In this document: piece by piece, positions 1 to 9,901 of the stretch
Numbering within the stretch: position 1 is the stretch's first letter
Layout of the letters: every line of letters starts with the position of its first letter
Origin: an uncultured Nitrososphaeraceae archaeon
GTDB lineage: Archaea; Thermoproteota; Nitrososphaeria; Nitrososphaerales; Nitrososphaeraceae
Length of the DNA stretch: 19,626 bases
Assembly: GCA_963765895.1 (NCBI GenBank)
Contig: CAVXZB010000017.1
Coordinates: 1 to 19,626 of the forward strand
Direction: 5' to 3'
Translations under genes and position numbers: made by a program
Notes under the pieces: generated by a model
The model's database searches: none
What the model was told of the DNA's origin: nothing
The model's input: only the letters and a program-made list of their open reading frames with translations

Positions 1-3
1 ATC

Positions 4-20
4 GGCTATGTAGAAAACAT
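4..20. repeat. Terminal inverted repeat (downstream end) of the IS5 element
   Basis: GGCTATGTAGAAAACAT pairs with 939-955 and contains the transposase stop codon. Confidence 0.88.
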
Positions 21-911
21 CATCAATATTACAAGATTAGTTAGTCTATGCATATTGTAGGTTATGCATCTGAATGATAGTTCCCTGTTTTGTGTCCTAG
101 TTAATCTAGACATTATATGCTCTCCAAATAGTCTTTTTATTACGGAAACTATGGGTTCATCCTTGTTACGGTGATTTACAGTAATTTGGAATAACCGTGC
201 TCCATCTGCTTCCTATACATACCATGTGTTCTCCATATAGGGTACATGTTCATATCGAGCTGGAATTATGCTTAATGCATGCATGCCGTCTCTTATCAAG
301 AAATGATTGTCTTCACTATCATATCCCTTATCAGCTGTAACTACAGATAATGGTAGAATTTCGGCTATTCTTGTTATGATTGGCCTGAAATCCATGTTAT
401 CATGTCTTGTTGGAGCTCGTCTTATTTTGATCGAACATATGATTTGTTGTAACACATCTGCTCCAATAGATAATTTAGCATATTTTCTTCTCAATCCTGT
501 TCGCTCAGTATAATATTGTGAAGCAGGAGTCATCTTAAATCCAGTAGAATCTATTCCTGCAAAGATATGCTTGGTACCGCTAATCACAATGAATGAGGAA
601 ATTATCTTTTCCAGTAAGGTATTGCTAATTCTGCCTGCAAACTTTTGCAATGTTGTAAAATGAGGAATTTGTGATAGTCCTAAAAATAATCTAAGGTAAT
701 GCGCTTCAACCAGCCATTCGATAAACATCCTATAACTCTTACCTTCGTACTGTCTTATTGTGAGCAATACTAAATGTTGCCACATCGTAAAGACATGGTT
801 GCTCTTTCTATGAAGAAACAACGGTATCCTTGAATTTCTCAAGACACGGTACATAGTGCATGCCAATCTAACATATCTTGATTCTTTCAATATCCATATA
901 CGATCATACAT
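6..911 (-). CDS. IS5-family DDE transposase (DDE_Tnp_1-like), two apparent frameshifts near 240 and 177
   Basis: ORF 213..911 has GIDSTG and TADKGYDS. Shifted frames continue ...PIWRTHGMYRKQM...HRNKDEPIVSVIKRLFGEHIMSRLTRTQNRELSFRCITYNMHRL... to a TAG at 6-8 inside the TIR. Confidence 0.9.
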
Positions 912-938
912 CTAGAAAGCTCTAATGGTATTCAGAAC

Positions 939-955
939 ATGGTTTCTACAAAGCC
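939..955. repeat. Terminal inverted repeat (upstream end) of the IS5 element
   Basis: ATGGTTTCTACAAAGCC pairs with 4-20. Confidence 0.88.
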
Positions 956-1339
956 TAGTTAATCATATATTACTAATATGTTATTTTTGATTCGGTCGTA
1001 TTCTTAAACTTTGAACTAATAATTATAGTATAAAAACCATCATAGGATTAGCAAGATCTGGGAACTTCAGTATGAGTGAGTGGCATCTGAAAAGTATTCC
1101 TGGTTTTACTTATGTGATGCCATTTTATAAAACTCTCAAAAATGACATTTAATGTCAATAACTGTAATACGTCTTCTAATTATGATTATAATGATACGTG
1201 CTACATCAGATCAGATAAATAAACTGGCATTGGGACAGCTTAGTGCTATTATGCTACTACCAACTTTAATATGAATTGGTCTATAAGTTCTTTTGGTATT
1301 TGGAATGACAGCAAATACGAGAATTATTGATATGACAAC

Positions 1340-1701
1340 TGTACAAAAGTACCCTATCCGGCGATTAGGATAGATGTAAATCACGGAAAATTGGCAGACT
1401 TTTAAAGCAAACTTTTACACTGGTCTTGTTAGTGGTGAAACGAGTAATCATATACATAAAGTGAGTAACTTTAGAGCTGGTAATGATGACGACATTATCC
1501 AGCGTAAGAGGGATAAGAGCACATTTATCTCAGATATAATAGACGTTGGAACAAATGGTAAGAAAATATTGGATGACGTGAATGCGACAGTAGTTGTCTC
1601 AAAAGGTAGAACAATCCCGTATTAATCTTGCTGATAAAGATACTCAACACCATTTTATGGGACAGCAAATCTATGGAATAGTTAAGAAAATAGTGTATTG
1701 A
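1340..1701 (+). pseudogene. Disrupted Nitrososphaeraceae-type hypothetical (probably exported) protein; 5' limit approximate
   Basis: Joined frames read ...LSGD*..DVNHGKLADF/KANFYTGLVSGETSNHIHKVSNFRAG...DIIDVGTNGKKILDDVNATVVVSKGRTI/INLADKDTQHHFMGQQIYGIVKKIVY* (TGA 1699-1701). The HHF.GQ.IYG tail is one I recognise from thaumarchaeal hypotheticals. Confidence 0.55.
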
Positions 1702-1828
1702 TAAAGAAAAATTTGATAGCAACTCTAGTAGTCTTGTCTTGTGTTTATACTATCCTTTAATGATATCATACTGAAATCATTAGGAGTGGAGAAAGTCTAA
1801 TTACTTACAATTCCGATGACAATCAAAA

Positions 1829-2227
1829 TGACCGAATCTACTTGGAAGCATTTTGTACTCAAATTCTTGAAAAAGATTACTTTATACGATCTGCTGCAAT
1901 AACCGATAATCTGGGAAATATATTGGCCTCTATTTCGAGACGAGGACTGGTTAATTTGATGTCACCACAAGAAGATGCAAGAGCCGCATTCAAGCGGTCA
2001 TTCGTTCTGCAACTCGTGACAAATTTAAATCAAAAATTGGCAATCTACTATTTTCGATCAGTAGATATTCTCTGGAGATTAGAGACACAATACCGATTCA
2101 ATCAAATAGCGATATAAAGAATAGACTATTGTTGTTACTAACATTTGATGTTGACACCGAAGCAGATTTTATAATATTAAAGAAAATCCTACCATATATA
2201 TTTGACAACAGGGAATATTTCCTTTAG
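1829..2227 (+). CDS. Roadblock/LC7-like (DUF6659-type) thaumarchaeal protein, frameshifted near 1990; start uncertain
   Basis: FCTQILEKDYFIRSAAITDNLGNILAS..RRGL, then a shifted frame QAVIRSATRDKFKSKIGNLLFSISRYSLEIRDTIPI...LLLLTFDVDTEADFIILKKILPYIFDNREYFL* (TAG 2225-2227). Confidence 0.65.
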
Positions 2228-2229
2228 AA

Positions 2230-2483
2230 TCAGGGCATTAGATCAAGTGCCATTTTTAATTCTACCATTTCGGATTCGATAGCCAGTCGATCTGATCCGT
2301 CTGTGGTACTCATCAATAGACTCTCGCATGCTTCCAATTCGGATGATATGATGTCCTTTTTATCGATGCAAAGGCTATGATATGCATCAATAAAAGAGTA
2401 TGTTATTTCTTAGTTCCCTTATCCTTGCAGCCACATGTTTTTGCAATGATTTTGACTGGTTGTTCAGACTCGGTGATATTCAT
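2230..2483 (-). CDS. Small Cys-containing hypothetical protein (~84 aa), 1-bp frameshift in an A-run near 2405
   Basis: MNITESEQPVKIIAKTCGCKDKGTKK/ITYSFIDAYHSLCIDKKDIISSELEACESLLMSTTDGSDRLAIESEMVELKMALDLMP*. It converges on the previous gene with a 2-bp gap. Confidence 0.65.
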
Positions 2484-2977
2484 TCTATCTCCCTCAATAA
2501 AGACTTGGTCTGGCATTGACTGAAGTAAATGTGTGTATAAACTTGTTATCATTTGTATGGATGATGATTTGTTATTGTAGTATGGATAGGTGAACTGGAA
2601 TATTAAGACACATCTCAGAACATACATGATTTCATATTTACTATTTGATAAATAAATGTGTTCTATTTTGCCATCTTAAAATCAGGATTTTATGATAATA
2701 TCAAAAACTATTAATTCGAAATCGGAGTTTCTATATTCGTCAATTAACTTCGATAGTTATATCAAAATTATGTATTCTGAATATCAGAATGAACTGTCTG
2801 AATTAACCTGGTGGACAAATCAGCCTCTTTCCAGATCTATATTAACGGGAATCCTGCAAAAGGCCTCATTTCTACGATTGCTTTGAGAAGAAGATATATC
2901 ATTAATTGTATGGTTCATTTAATAATGATTTACGACTGATTTTTCTGCCAATCAATTATGTTTATCATAAGTATTGT

Positions 2978-3337
2978 TTATCGCAAAAACTCTAATACAA
3001 CTCCTGTTTTTGGATTGTAATTAATTCTAAACGATTCATCTTTAGATATCGGTATTGACTCTAAACCATTATTATCATAACACAGAGGGCATCTGGTATT
3101 TGAAATACTACTTGTATTTGAATAGATAGGCGAATAAATTGATGCACACCAGAAACACGTGTTACACATTAGAAAATTTATTCCTTTATCGACTTTATTA
3201 CCATTGATATACGTATCGTCATTGTTATTATCACTGATGTTAGCCTTATTAGCATCTTTAGTCTTCAGAACCTTCACAATGACATCTAAGCTATAGTGAG
3301 TTCTTATTGAATTATTATAATGAGTTGATATTGACAT
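2978..3337 (-). CDS. Hypothetical zinc-ribbon protein (CxxC...CxxC)
   Basis: Intact 119-aa ORF: FLMCNTCFWCAS...CPLC...LESIPIS..ESF, with an Asn/Asp-rich N-terminus. Confidence 0.7.
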   Translation of the reverse strand: MSISTHYNNSIRTHYSLDVIVKVLKTKDANKANISDNNNDDTYINGNKVDKGINFLMCNTCFWCASIYSPIYSNTSSISNTRCPLCYDNNGLESIPISKDESFRINYNPKTGVVLEFLR

Positions 3338-3782
3338 TCGGGTAGCTAAAAACTTCGATAATATTAGTAATAAAAGTTATGCTCTTGATTGTGCCATTCT
3401 CTTATGAGTTAAGTGATCATAACATCAGGAAACTGACCTGAACGATGCTACAATAGGTTAAGCAACCAGGCAATGCAATGTATTAATATAGAATAACTGT
3501 ATCAACTTACCAGATATTCTTTATCGTGTGCAATGATACTTACTATTTAATTAGTTATTAGATCAACTAAATCAAAGACAGATATCTATTTTTATATATT
3601 CTTTAATTTTAGACTGTAATTTGAAACATCTTATTTTTCAAATTTCGCTATGTTGTAACGGCAGTATTAGTGTGTAGTACCTATATCTCTTGATTTAGTC
3701 AGTAACGATTTACAAACGAGTCAGATTTGTAACTAGTATTTCATAGTGATATTTGAATCTCCTATTAATGAAATATTTAATC

Positions 3783-4183
3783 TTATGAATATGAAAAATG
3801 AATACCTTTTTTGGTTTTATTTTTACTATAATTCTTTTTTTCATCTGGTGATCTCATTGGATATTTATCTACATCTATATATTTTTTAGCGAGTTTATCA
3901 GTATGCTCATCGGCACCTTCATTAGTTTGTTCTATATCTATTCCTCTAATGCTTATCATATTATATGGATTATTGTAATCAGTAACTGAGACCGCTACTC
4001 TCGAATCTCTTGATATATTCTTATGTTTTATTCTGCCTTCTGCAGTGTTTATAAGAATAATATCATCTTCAACTCTACCCATGTGGCGGTGACCTGGGGA
4101 GATCCATTAGACATTAATGTAGATGTGAATGCAAAATTTTTATCTAGTAAAAGTTGAGCTACAGGTTCTGTGATTTGATTGGT
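3783..4183 (-). CDS. PPOX-class (pyridoxamine 5'-phosphate oxidase-like) F420-dependent oxidoreductase, frameshifted; ends approximate
   Basis: An upstream frame gives EPVAQLLLDKNFAFTSTLMSNGSPQVTATWV. The ORF gives ILINTAEGRIKHKNISRDSRVAVSV...NPY...IRG...ADEHTDKLAKKY. An A-run shift restores EKRIIVKIKPKKV. Confidence 0.85.
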
Positions 4184-4361
4184 TTAACCCTTTATCATAT
4201 TCTAATATATCTAGAAAGCATGTTTTATAATCATTTTTGGCTGATTGGTGAAGTACATAGTAAACAACATCGACGTGACATCAATAATGATGGGTCAAGA
4301 TATTTAGGATTTGGCTTATATCCTTTTGGTCTTGACAAGCATCAATATTCCGTCTTACAAA

Positions 4362-6092
4362 CTATGTACAGTTAAGGCTAGGATGATGAGACCGTTCGAT
4401 TAAAATAACTCCCCAGAAACGATTGCCCACTTGGATCGGTTGATAAACCACAAATTTCTTGGTACCATCAACTGTCTCAAATGATGATCCTGCACTTCCA
4501 TGCACTACGGCTTTTGTACTCTTAAGATAACTAAAATTGATCAATTTACTTGAGGGTGAAGATGCGTTATCACTTGTAGCATAAGGTGGAGAAGAGTCCA
4601 CTATTGTTGTACCATTATGATCAACCACAAGAATCCTTCCATCATTAGTAAGATTCAGGTTTCTTATACTGTGTAATATACTACGTAGATCCAATATTCC
4701 CACCCAGTATCCTGAAATGGCTTTAGTTTTATTACTGTTATCATAAGTGTAAACATCAGTTTTTTGAACGCTAGATACCGGAACAGCAATTGCCGTTGCT
4801 GGACTGTGGATCGAGGCCGAGATAAATACTTCACTTATGTAGGTATTATTGGATGCCTTTACTCCCTTATACCAATCTCTGTCAGCGTAATTTAGCTTTG
4901 GAAGTTGTTTTTGGTAAGAGAATGGCTCCCCAATGTATACGTTAGCATCTGGAGTTAGAAAGTAAATATTTCTGATATCCTTATCTCTTTCCAAGATATC
5001 TTGTGCCACTTTTCTTTTTGCTAAATCCATATTAGCTGGAATTCCCATGGACTTTTTGTCAATGAAATTTGCAAAAGATACATTTTGTACAGCAGGCTCT
5101 TTGCTTGTCATTTCCAAAAGACTAACTGCATGATACAAAGTATTGCCAACCATGTCAGCTAATAGTTTTGCAATATTGATTTGGCCAGTCCTGACTGTTG
5201 AATTTTGTCTCTCTACTATTGAGCTTTTATTCTGTATATGATAGACATTTGTTGCATTTTTCACTGTTAAATTATAGATTGTTTCAAAATCCCATCCTGA
5301 AGGAAATGCAAAAGAATTAGTAATAGAGTTTCTTTCTGTTTGTGGCTGTACTTCACCTTTAAATATTATTTTATGAGTGCCAATAGAAAGTGGTTTTAAA
5401 AAAATCCAGTTACCATCTGCTATCGCCTGTGTACTAGTGTTATCAGCAAGTCCTAGAATATTTCCATGAGGTAGAGTAAAATTAAATGGTGGCGATTGGA
5501 TACGATATTTTTCTAAGTGTGGTAAAGGCATTCCGTCAACACTTGCATTAACTTTAGTCACTTGGTCCTGAATAGTTTTGGTACATATACGTAATTCGGA
5601 TAATGTCTTAAGCTTGGGAAATTTAGCAAAAGAGCATTCGGAGTTTAATATGGGTAGTAAGATTGTTTTTCCTGAAGGAATATCACAATGACGAACAACA
5701 GGATGACCGTAGGTGCCAGCTAAGAACCATACCGGGCCGTTTTGTTTTTCAGCGCAATGTCTACCATTATCATCATAAGCAGGGTTGATATTTTTTGGTA
5801 TAGAATAACCCCACTGCCACCACCGAGAAGTCCATTCTCCTAATGTTAGATTGTATAGTCTAGAATAAGATGGAATCAATTCCCCAGATTTGAAAGTGCC
5901 GCCTTTGAGTATATGAAAAATCATGCTAGTGCTAGACGTATTGCCAATCTGAGCATGCAATGGATGTAATAAGCCAATCAAAAGCACTGACGTTAAAATA
6001 AATAATACAGTAATTTGTACTGCTAATAAAACACTAAGAGTAGTTATATTCCTAAATTTCATTATAGTTCCTATTACTAGTGCATTCAACAT
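4362..6092 (-). CDS. Secreted two-domain protein: Trp/Cys-containing uncharacterised extracellular domain plus C-terminal dCache_1-like sensor domain
   Basis: Intact 576-aa ORF with a hydrophobic N-terminal signal ending LHA-Q (start may be Met11). Domain 1: WTSRWWQW...GPVWFLAGT...CDIPSGK.ILLPILNSECS. Domain 2: YADRDWYKGV...TYISEVFIS...AIAVPV...WVGILDL...ILVVDHNG...WGVILI. Confidence 0.8.
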   Translation of the reverse strand: MLNALVIGTIMKFRNITTLSVLLAVQITVLFILTSVLLIGLLHPLHAQIGNTSSTSMIFHILKGGTFKSGELIPSYSRLYNLTLGEWTSRWWQWGYSIPKNINPAYDDNGRHCAEKQNGPVWFLAGTYGHPVVRHCDIPSGKTILLPILNSECSFAKFPKLKTLSELRICTKTIQDQVTKVNASVDGMPLPHLEKYRIQSPPFNFTLPHGNILGLADNTSTQAIADGNWIFLKPLSIGTHKIIFKGEVQPQTERNSITNSFAFPSGWDFETIYNLTVKNATNVYHIQNKSSIVERQNSTVRTGQINIAKLLADMVGNTLYHAVSLLEMTSKEPAVQNVSFANFIDKKSMGIPANMDLAKRKVAQDILERDKDIRNIYFLTPDANVYIGEPFSYQKQLPKLNYADRDWYKGVKASNNTYISEVFISASIHSPATAIAVPVSSVQKTDVYTYDNSNKTKAISGYWVGILDLRSILHSIRNLNLTNDGRILVVDHNGTTIVDSSPPYATSDNASSPSSKLINFSYLKSTKAVVHGSAGSSFETVDGTKKFVVYQPIQVGNRFWGVILIERSHHPSLNCT

Positions 6093-6435
6093 TCATCTTA
6101 CATGGCGGTAGTAGTTATGAGTTTTCTTGTCTTGCGGTTATCATTTTGACGTACCACTAGTCTATGCATAAACGGCATGGTTGTTTATGTATATTAAGCT
6201 AATAATACAAAATCTATTTAAATATCATTATCACATAAAGAATGATCTTAACATATTTGACGATTGGATCAACAAAAAAGATACTTAAAACAACTGCTAC
6301 ACAGACGGCAGAGTTACTCTTATTCAAAGCTCAGACAAGGTAATGGACAAATACATTAGAAATATACGTGCAATGAATAAACCTTGCGAAGGACTCCTAA
6401 AACAAAAATAGGATAATTGTATTAGAAATTGGCTC

Positions 6436-6671
6436 TTATTGTGGTTGGGTTGAATTCACAAATACAGTATTATCTCTCCCATGATCTCTTGAATTACTAT
6501 TTTGACAGATGATATTCATTGTTAGGACATCATTTCCACAACTGTTTTGTTGATTGCTCGTTCAGTATTTTTGCTTGATGCATATGCGCCGTGGATTGTC
6601 ATAATTGCCATTATTCCAATAAACAAAGTTGCTAATGCGACACTGGCCATTATCGTGTTCTTATTATTCAT
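6436..6671 (-). CDS. Small secreted Cys/Asn-rich protein, frameshifted near 6555
   Basis: MNNKNTIMASVALATLFIGIMAIMTIHGAYAS (signal ending AYA), then a shifted frame NQQNSCGNDVLTMNIICQNSNSRDHGRDNTVFVNSTQPQ*. Not in the ORF track. Confidence 0.55.
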
Positions 6672-7019
6672 AATTCTGAAATTAGTTGGACTTTGTAGTA
6701 TATTTCATTTAGGAGCAATTAATGCACTTTATTTAATCTGATTTATCTTCAATAAAGTGAGTAGGATATATCGTTATAGAATAAGATTTCATTCTAGTGT
6801 TCATTTAACAGTAAATGCCTTGTTTTTTTATCAGACTATTTATTTATATATTATTTTTCTTATCTCTATTCTTTTGAGTTATACGTTAATAGTCTTGATA
6901 TACGAAGCTTTTTGTGATTATTATGGCAATTAGAATACTTTTCAGCGAAGGATATCTAAATCTAATAATCCTGATTTATGGACTTGATGCTACCATTCTC
7001 TGTTTCGGATTTTTCTTAT

Positions 7020-7860
7020 TTACTTTGTAAATTGAAATGAATCTATGATTTTCTGTGCTAGAGGAAGATATTTTTGATAGTCACTTAATGAACCTCTATA
7101 CTCTACGAAAATGGGCCAGGAATTGCGCATTGTGATGATTTCCATACTCTTTCCTTGCTTGACCTCTCCACCATTTTTGACTATATCGTAAATGTATACA
7201 ATTCTATTCGCAGGATTTCCTCCCAATGACATGGGAATCGATTCAACTTGTTTAAATCCCAGGTATCTACTAAGAAATTGATTTCTGCTGCTACATAATC
7301 TTTTAATAGAAAATTTCCTGGTTCTTTACCAAAGGATATAGTTAAAAAAGTTCCGCTGCTTTTAGGTAATCCAAACGCAACTTCCCAAGGCTTTCGTGTC
7401 CTATATTTGTAGTTTTATGTATGTTTAGATTTAGCACACCGTATTTTGTAAGATTTGACGGATAAGATATTTTGAATTTGAATGTAGGATCGATATATGA
7501 TAATAGCGAGAGATTATTGGTAGGCGCAGGAGGTAAAGCAAGCGTAGTTTGATTATTGGTAGGCGCAGGAGCAGGACCAGCAGGTAAAGCAAGCGTAGTT
7601 TGATTATTGGTAGGCGCAGGAGCAGGACCAGCAGGTAAAGCAAGCGTAGTTTGATTATTGGTAGGCGCAGGAGCAGGACCAGCAGGTATAGTTCGATTCG
7701 TAACATTTTCTCCTTCCTGATTAATGAGAGTATTGTTAAGTGGTAAGAAATATAGGGCAAAGGTTACGTGTTGAGACATTATCGTAAGTACGCTTACAGT
7801 TAAACTGACCAAAATAAGGATTGGGATTATCTTTTTCACGAAATTGACTGGACAGACCAT
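7020..7860 (-). CDS. Exported PsbP-like domain protein with a Pro/Thr-rich repeat linker, split by two frameshifts
   Basis: Signal peptide and repeats, then YIDPTFKFKISYPSN (PsbP-like start), a middle frame WEVAFGLPKSSGTFLTISFGKEPGNFLLKDYVAAEINFL, and C-terminus MSLGGNPANRIVY...VEYRG...YQKYLPLAQKIIDSFQF. Confidence 0.7.
7512..7688. repeat. Coding 51-bp tandem repeat (NNQTTLALPAGPAPAPT)
   Basis: Identical units at 7551-7601 and 7602-7652, a partial unit at 7653-7688, and a unit with a 12-bp in-frame deletion at 7512-7550. Confidence 0.95.
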
Positions 7861-8491
7861 CTAATATCTCTATTGCATAATTAGTTTTGCATAATTAGGC
7901 AGCTAAAATAGTCAAGGATTCTTATTTTCTGTTAACACTCATTTGTTCTAACTGCTACTTTTTTCCTCTCATGACAATGTATGAAGGATTAGAAATAAAC
8001 TAAAGTATGGAAGAGGGTGAATGATAACACTAGGTTCCATAACCTGACTGTCACAAGTTGGCCGTTATAAGAATTCAACCCTAACTCCCAGGGAATTAGC
8101 AGGCGGAATTCACACACACAACGACCGATGTTTTCTTTGGTTTCGAATGCCAATTTATAGATGGACTTTATCTCTATTATAAATTAAAAAATTAGCAGAC
8201 AAGTATAGATATAACAAACTAATTTAAGATACGAAGCTTTGCCATCCTAATCATACAAACCTTGGATTAAAGCTAAGCATTGTGTCTTTACAACAAACTG
8301 GAATATAATAGACTTGTGATAAAACAAAAGAGAATGATATCATATGAAGGAGATAGATATGATTGCTGAATAATAATCGTTATTTTTATCAGACCAGGAC
8401 AATATAAGAGAATAGAACTAGCGCTTCTTATATTATGATTCTGAATTCCTCTTGCAGTATGTAGTAAGGAAACAGAATGATATGATTCATA

Positions 8492-9023
8492 TTATTTTAA
8501 AGTCAGCATTTCTTTATATTCCGTGTCACTCTCAAGAGATATCATTTGTTCTTCCTTTTCTGTTTTTAGCACTGTCATTAACTCTGATTCAAGGATATGA
8601 GGGATTTTACAAATCTTATTCTCTACTATCTCTCTTATCTGATTTAGATCCTTAGCACAAATCTTTAACAATAAATCAAATTGACCATGCAGTTCATGAA
8701 TTTCCAAGACTTCCTCAATTCTCAATAGATCGGATACAATTTGATCTGCAGAACCTGGAGAAATATTTATTCCCATAAACGCCATATGATCATATCCTAG
8801 AAGATCATTATCTACAGAGATCGTGAATTTGTTGATAATGCCTGTCTGCGATCATTCTTCTAACTCTTATATGCACGGTTGCATCTGATACACATATTCG
8901 TTTTGCTACATCAACAAATGGTGTTGAGGAGTCTCTGTTTAAAATATCGATAATTTTAAGATCGGTATCATCAATTTGTTTAGAGATACCAGCATCATTG
9001 TCTGTCATAGTGTTGTTAAGCAT
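8492..9023 (-). CDS. Lrp/AsnC family transcriptional regulator, one frameshift near 8845
   Basis: HTH: IDDTDLKIIDILNRDSSTPFVDVAKRICVSDATVHIRVRRM. The shifted linker GIINKFTISVDNDLLGYDH joins the RAM domain (EEVLEIHELHGQFDLLLKI). Confidence 0.9.
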
Positions 9024-9526
9024 GAGGTTAATCGATTAGCTTAATTCAAGCGAACAATAAAAGTATTTGTAATTATAGTAGAATTTGTAAGAAATTTAAT
9101 GTTCGCACGGAAACTCTCCCTAATTTGTATAATTTCCAATTAGTATTAGGCCGACAATAGCATTTAATACACTATTTGAATTTTCTAACCATAGAGAAGC
9201 GTTGAATTAGTCAGAAGTGAAATGCAAATGTGCTAGTAAAATCCTAATTCTTCAAAATTTAACATGTCTTTAATATTCATAAAATAGTCGATAATTTTAT
9301 CCCTATTATCTTTCTATAATTGTTCGAACTTAGACATATCATCAATGTATCTTTATCAGATAATATATAATCAAGTCCTTGTTCCAAGATCATATCAAAC
9401 ATTTCTAGATTTGTTAACACGTGATAAAGATCTTGTTTATTTTTTATTGCACAGCTCGGTTAGTTTAGTCCTTTGTCCAGCAGATACATAGCTTGAACAA
9501 ATGCGTGAGAAAGTAGAGATGTGCTT

Positions 9527-9562
9527 GCATGTGACGCATGTGATATATGTGATGTATGTGAT
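9527..9562. repeat. Imperfect 9-bp tandem repeat x4
   Basis: gcatgtgac gcatgtgat atatgtgat gtatgtgat. Confidence 0.75.
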
Positions 9563-9901
9563 GAAGCAGAAAATGATGCTTATGTACCAAAAACAGGTGC
9601 AATAATATTTATGGCAATACTTTCGACAGTAAATTCGGATCACATAGATTACATACATCAAATAGGAGTAATAATCCTACAGTCAGTATGGAGTCCAGGA
9701 ACAACTCATTCCCTCCTCCATGCTCTGTGAACAGTTATCGCATAAATAGACTAATTTAGAAATCAGATCTACTTATTCACGCTCATTAAACAACAGTATA
9801 CAAAAGTAAATCGCATTTTTAGGAAGATTATGCTGAATGAAATATCCTAAGCCAGTAATATCAGATTAAAATCCGTTTTTTCCGATCATAATCAAGTACT
9901 C

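Larger units (their letters stand above)
4..955 (-). mobile_element. Complete IS5-family insertion sequence (IS903-like group), 952 bp
   Basis: 17-bp imperfect TIRs: 4-20 GGCTATGTAGAAAACAT vs reverse complement of 939-955 GGCTTTGTAGAAACCAT (15/17). They enclose a DDE transposase. GGCTTTGT ends and ~1 kb size match IS903-group elements. Confidence 0.88.

Noticed and set aside
307-513. 68-aa plus-strand ORF
   Set aside because: Antisense shadow of the transposase
1525-1722. 65-aa minus-strand ORF
   Set aside because: Antisense to the disrupted plus-strand hypothetical gene
2692-2886. 64-aa ORF
   Set aside because: No recognisable motif; likely a chance ORF in AT-rich intergenic DNA
4154-4375. 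73-aa ORF
   Set aside because: Overlaps both neighbouring minus-strand genes and has no motif
6547-6741. 64-aa hydrophobic ORF
   Set aside because: Antisense of the signal peptide of the small secreted protein
7512-7688. CRISPR array
   Set aside because: Contiguous identical units with no unique spacers, in frame within a CDS, and no cas genes
7431-7760. 109-aa Leu-rich ORF
   Set aside because: Alternative frame of the 51-bp repeat within the PsbP-like gene
8452-8655. 67-aa ORF
   Set aside because: Antisense shadow of the Lrp/AsnC gene
9437-9661. Cys/Tyr/Ile-rich 74-aa ORF as a RiPP precursor
   Set aside because: Composition is typical of off-frame AT-rich translation, and no maturase or transporter is nearby
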